Source: Candidatus Kapaibacterium sp. | GTDB lineage: Bacteria > Bacteroidota > Ignavibacteria > Palsa-1295 | Assembly: GCA_036501405.1 (NCBI GenBank) | Contig: DASYAJ010000200.1 | Location: forward strand, 1-24,371 | Direction of reading: 5' to 3' | DNA length: 24,371 nucleotides | Shown: positions 22,891 through 24,371 of the stretch, piece after piece | How positions within the stretch are numbered: the stretch's first letter is position 1 | Layout of the letters: each line of letters opens with the position of its first letter | The notes under the pieces: model-generated | What the model was told of the DNA's origin: nothing | Seen by the model: the letters and a program-made list of their open reading frames with translations, nothing else | The model's database searches: none | Translations under genes and position numbers: made by a program

Positions 22891-23628
22891 TTACCGTCCG
22901 TGCTGATTGTGTGCAACCGGTCCGCCTCCGTGAGGTCCTCCACCACCATGGGGCGGTCCACCAGGTCCGCCGTGTGGTCCAGTGGGTCCACCGTGCGGAG
23001 GTCCTTGCGCTCGTCCCATTGGACCGTGAGGGGCGGGAGCCATTCGGAAGAACGCGCGTGGAGCAGGCGCAGGTGCAAAGGCTCGCGGAGCCGGAGTAGC
23101 GCGAAACCCCGGGGCAGCGCGAAACGGTGCGCGGAATGTCGGAGCAGCGCGAAACGGTGCGCGGAATGCCGGGGCACTTCGTGCAAAACTTCTCGCTGCC
23201 GGAGCCGGAGCGGACCGTGCAAATGTTCTCGCTGCGGGTGCTGGTGCAGAACGGAACGATTCTCGTTCGCGGACTTCACGGTCGAAGCGGTCGCGGTCGC
23301 CGCGATGTCCCCAATGTCCCGCAACGAAGCCATAATTCGTGATATATTCCGGCGCGATCCAAATCGCGCTGGTATAGGGCGGTTCCTGCCAGGAACCCTC
23401 GATCCAAATGTAATGGCCGAGATTGTAATCGTAAATATAATATCCGGGAACCCACACGGCGCCCGCAAATGGGGCCACGAGAGAAATCCCTCGTATTCGC
23501 AAATGCCGCCGGTGGTATCGTGCACCGATCCGCACACGGAACCGGACACGCGCATTCGCTTGCTTTGCATGCATTGGCATGAGCGCCACCAGTGCGCAGA
23601 AGCCGAGTGTCATCAAGATCTTTCGCAT
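22891..23628 (-). CDS. Exported YXWGXW-repeat-like protein with low-complexity R/A/P/F and G/P/H tail
   Basis: From ATG 23628, with AAGGAG upstream. Signal peptide ending ANA, then VWVPGYY, YIWIEGSW, AIWIAPEY and VAGHW, followed by a disordered tail. Confidence 0.8.
   Translation of the reverse strand: MRKILMTLGFCALVALMPMHAKQANARVRFRVRIGARYHRRHLRIRGISLVAPFAGAVWVPGYYIYDYNLGHYIWIEGSWQEPPYTSAIWIAPEYITNYGFVAGHWGHRGDRDRFDREVRERESFRSAPAPAARTFARSAPAPAARSFARSAPAFRAPFRAAPTFRAPFRAAPGFRATPAPRAFAPAPAPRAFFRMAPAPHGPMGRAQGPPHGGPTGPHGGPGGPPHGGGGPHGGGPVAHNQHGR
23114..23168 (-). repeat. Intragenic 30-nt tandem repeat encoding xFRAPFRAAP
   Basis: The 25-nt sequence GCAGCGCGAAACGGTGCGCGGAATG occurs at 23114 and 23144. 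Confidence 0.9.
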
Positions 23629-23895
23629 AATTCTTTCTCCTTTATTATGTACCATTGTTCATTTGATTCGGTACCATTTCAGAAGAGAACTTATTGAAAG
23701 GGACGTGCCGGAAAACGCCGGGCGGGAATTACTTCCTGTTCAGGGAATAAATTTACAATCCCATTAGCCCGAAAATCCGATCGGCATGTTTTGTGGCTGA
23801 GCCAACCCCTTTCCGTGCAACTTTTCGAGTGTTTACGGGTTCAGGTAAACGCTACTATTTCCCCAATTGAATTAAGTGCCTTACCAATAGTTAAC

Positions 23896-24371
23896 ATGCA
23901 TAAACGCGCTTTTATCTTCGTGTGGCTCTCTGTTGGATTCACCGTCTCCTCTACAGCCCAACCATCCCAGGGGGCTTACGGCAAGGAGTTCTACGTAGCC
24001 TTCGGGCCGAACGAGGGTGGCGAGCTTCAATTGACGAGCGAAGATGCGGACGAAATTTATATTACCGGTCAGTACGAGGCGCATGGCACAGTAGAAATTG
24101 CCGCACTTCATTTCTTTCGATCGTTCTCAACGGTTCCCGGCAAGATTACGACCATTGACCTTCCGAATGGGAATGAAAACGCTTCGACAGTCGAACTTCC
24201 CGATACGTTGGACGAGAAAGTTATTTCCGGAATGGCGGTTCATATCACAAGCGACAGCAGCGTTGCGGTCTTTGGGCTGAACCATAAGCAGTATTCGAGC
24301 GATGCATTCCTGGCGCTCCCAAATGATGTACTCGGAACCGAATATCGGACGATAAATTACAAATCGTCGAA
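23896..24371 (+). CDS. Secreted IgGFc-binding N-terminal-domain protein (partial, runs off window end)
   Basis: Manual translation MHKRAFIFVWLSVGFTVSSTAQ...GKEFYVAFGPN...HITSDSSVAVFGLN...SSDAFLALP..VLGTEY, open to the window end. Not in the ORF track. Confidence 0.85.
   Translation, partial: MHKRAFIFVWLSVGFTVSSTAQPSQGAYGKEFYVAFGPNEGGELQLTSEDADEIYITGQYEAHGTVEIAALHFFRSFSTVPGKITTIDLPNGNENASTVELPDTLDEKVISGMAVHITSDSSVAVFGLNHKQYSSDAFLALPNDVLGTEYRTINYKSS

Noticed and set aside
23480-23525. Possible three compensating 1-nt deletions in the YXWGXW gene (RYHRRHLRIRG; other frames read IPPAAF and EYEG)
   Set aside because: The frame is open as given, and this cannot be tested without homologue alignment or reads.
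22173-23570. Long antisense ORFs (also 6011-6931, 14305-15228, 18365-19081, 22888-23697)
   Set aside because: These are shadow frames of GC-rich genes with recognisable products on the other strand, and they show no motifs of their own.
23828-23853. Dyad GTTTAC-N8-GTAAAC in the divergent promoter region
   Set aside because: Single occurrence with 6-bp arms and no nearby regulator, so within chance expectation. No riboswitch core was recognised here or in 18369-18565.

Overview
Chromosomal window from a bacterium of the Bacteroidota-Chlorobiota (FCB) group, probably a Chlorobi/Ignavibacteria/Kapabacteria-like lineage. This placement is inferred from the T9SS C-terminal domains, the tmRNA tag ANTYSYAMAA, an RNase P RNA without helix P18 and TAnnTTTG promoter boxes. 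Housekeeping content: parA (5' end, cut by the window edge), ssrA, Nif3, DUF164 zinc-ribbon protein, rnpB, TPR protein, pyrE, thiamine diphosphokinase and ffh. Accessory content: a GT-C-like membrane protein; a low-GC block after ssrA encoding T9SS-type secreted proteins (two apparently frameshifted, two sharing a 92%-identical CTD module); a DUF6029/Omp28-like pair; a cytoplasmic sugar-catabolism cluster (TIM-barrel isomerase/epimerase, KdgK-like kinase, GH38, sedoheptulokinase-like kinase); several lipoproteins; a YXWGXW-repeat protein with a PHGG-rich tail; and an IgGFc-binding-domain protein cut by the window end. Main leads: (1) the sugar cluster could salvage LPS inner-core heptose and Kdo; (2) one repeat unit forms a perfect 31-bp inverted repeat in front of ffh and also supplies, in frame, the signal-peptide core of the DUF6029 gene; (3) swappable cargo joined to a conserved T9SS CTD module; (4) enrichment of the D-[ST]-[AILMTV] O-glycosylation sequon in exported proteins. 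All family calls come from motif recognition by eye; no database searches were run. No CRISPR array, integrase, transposase, rRNA or tRNA was found.
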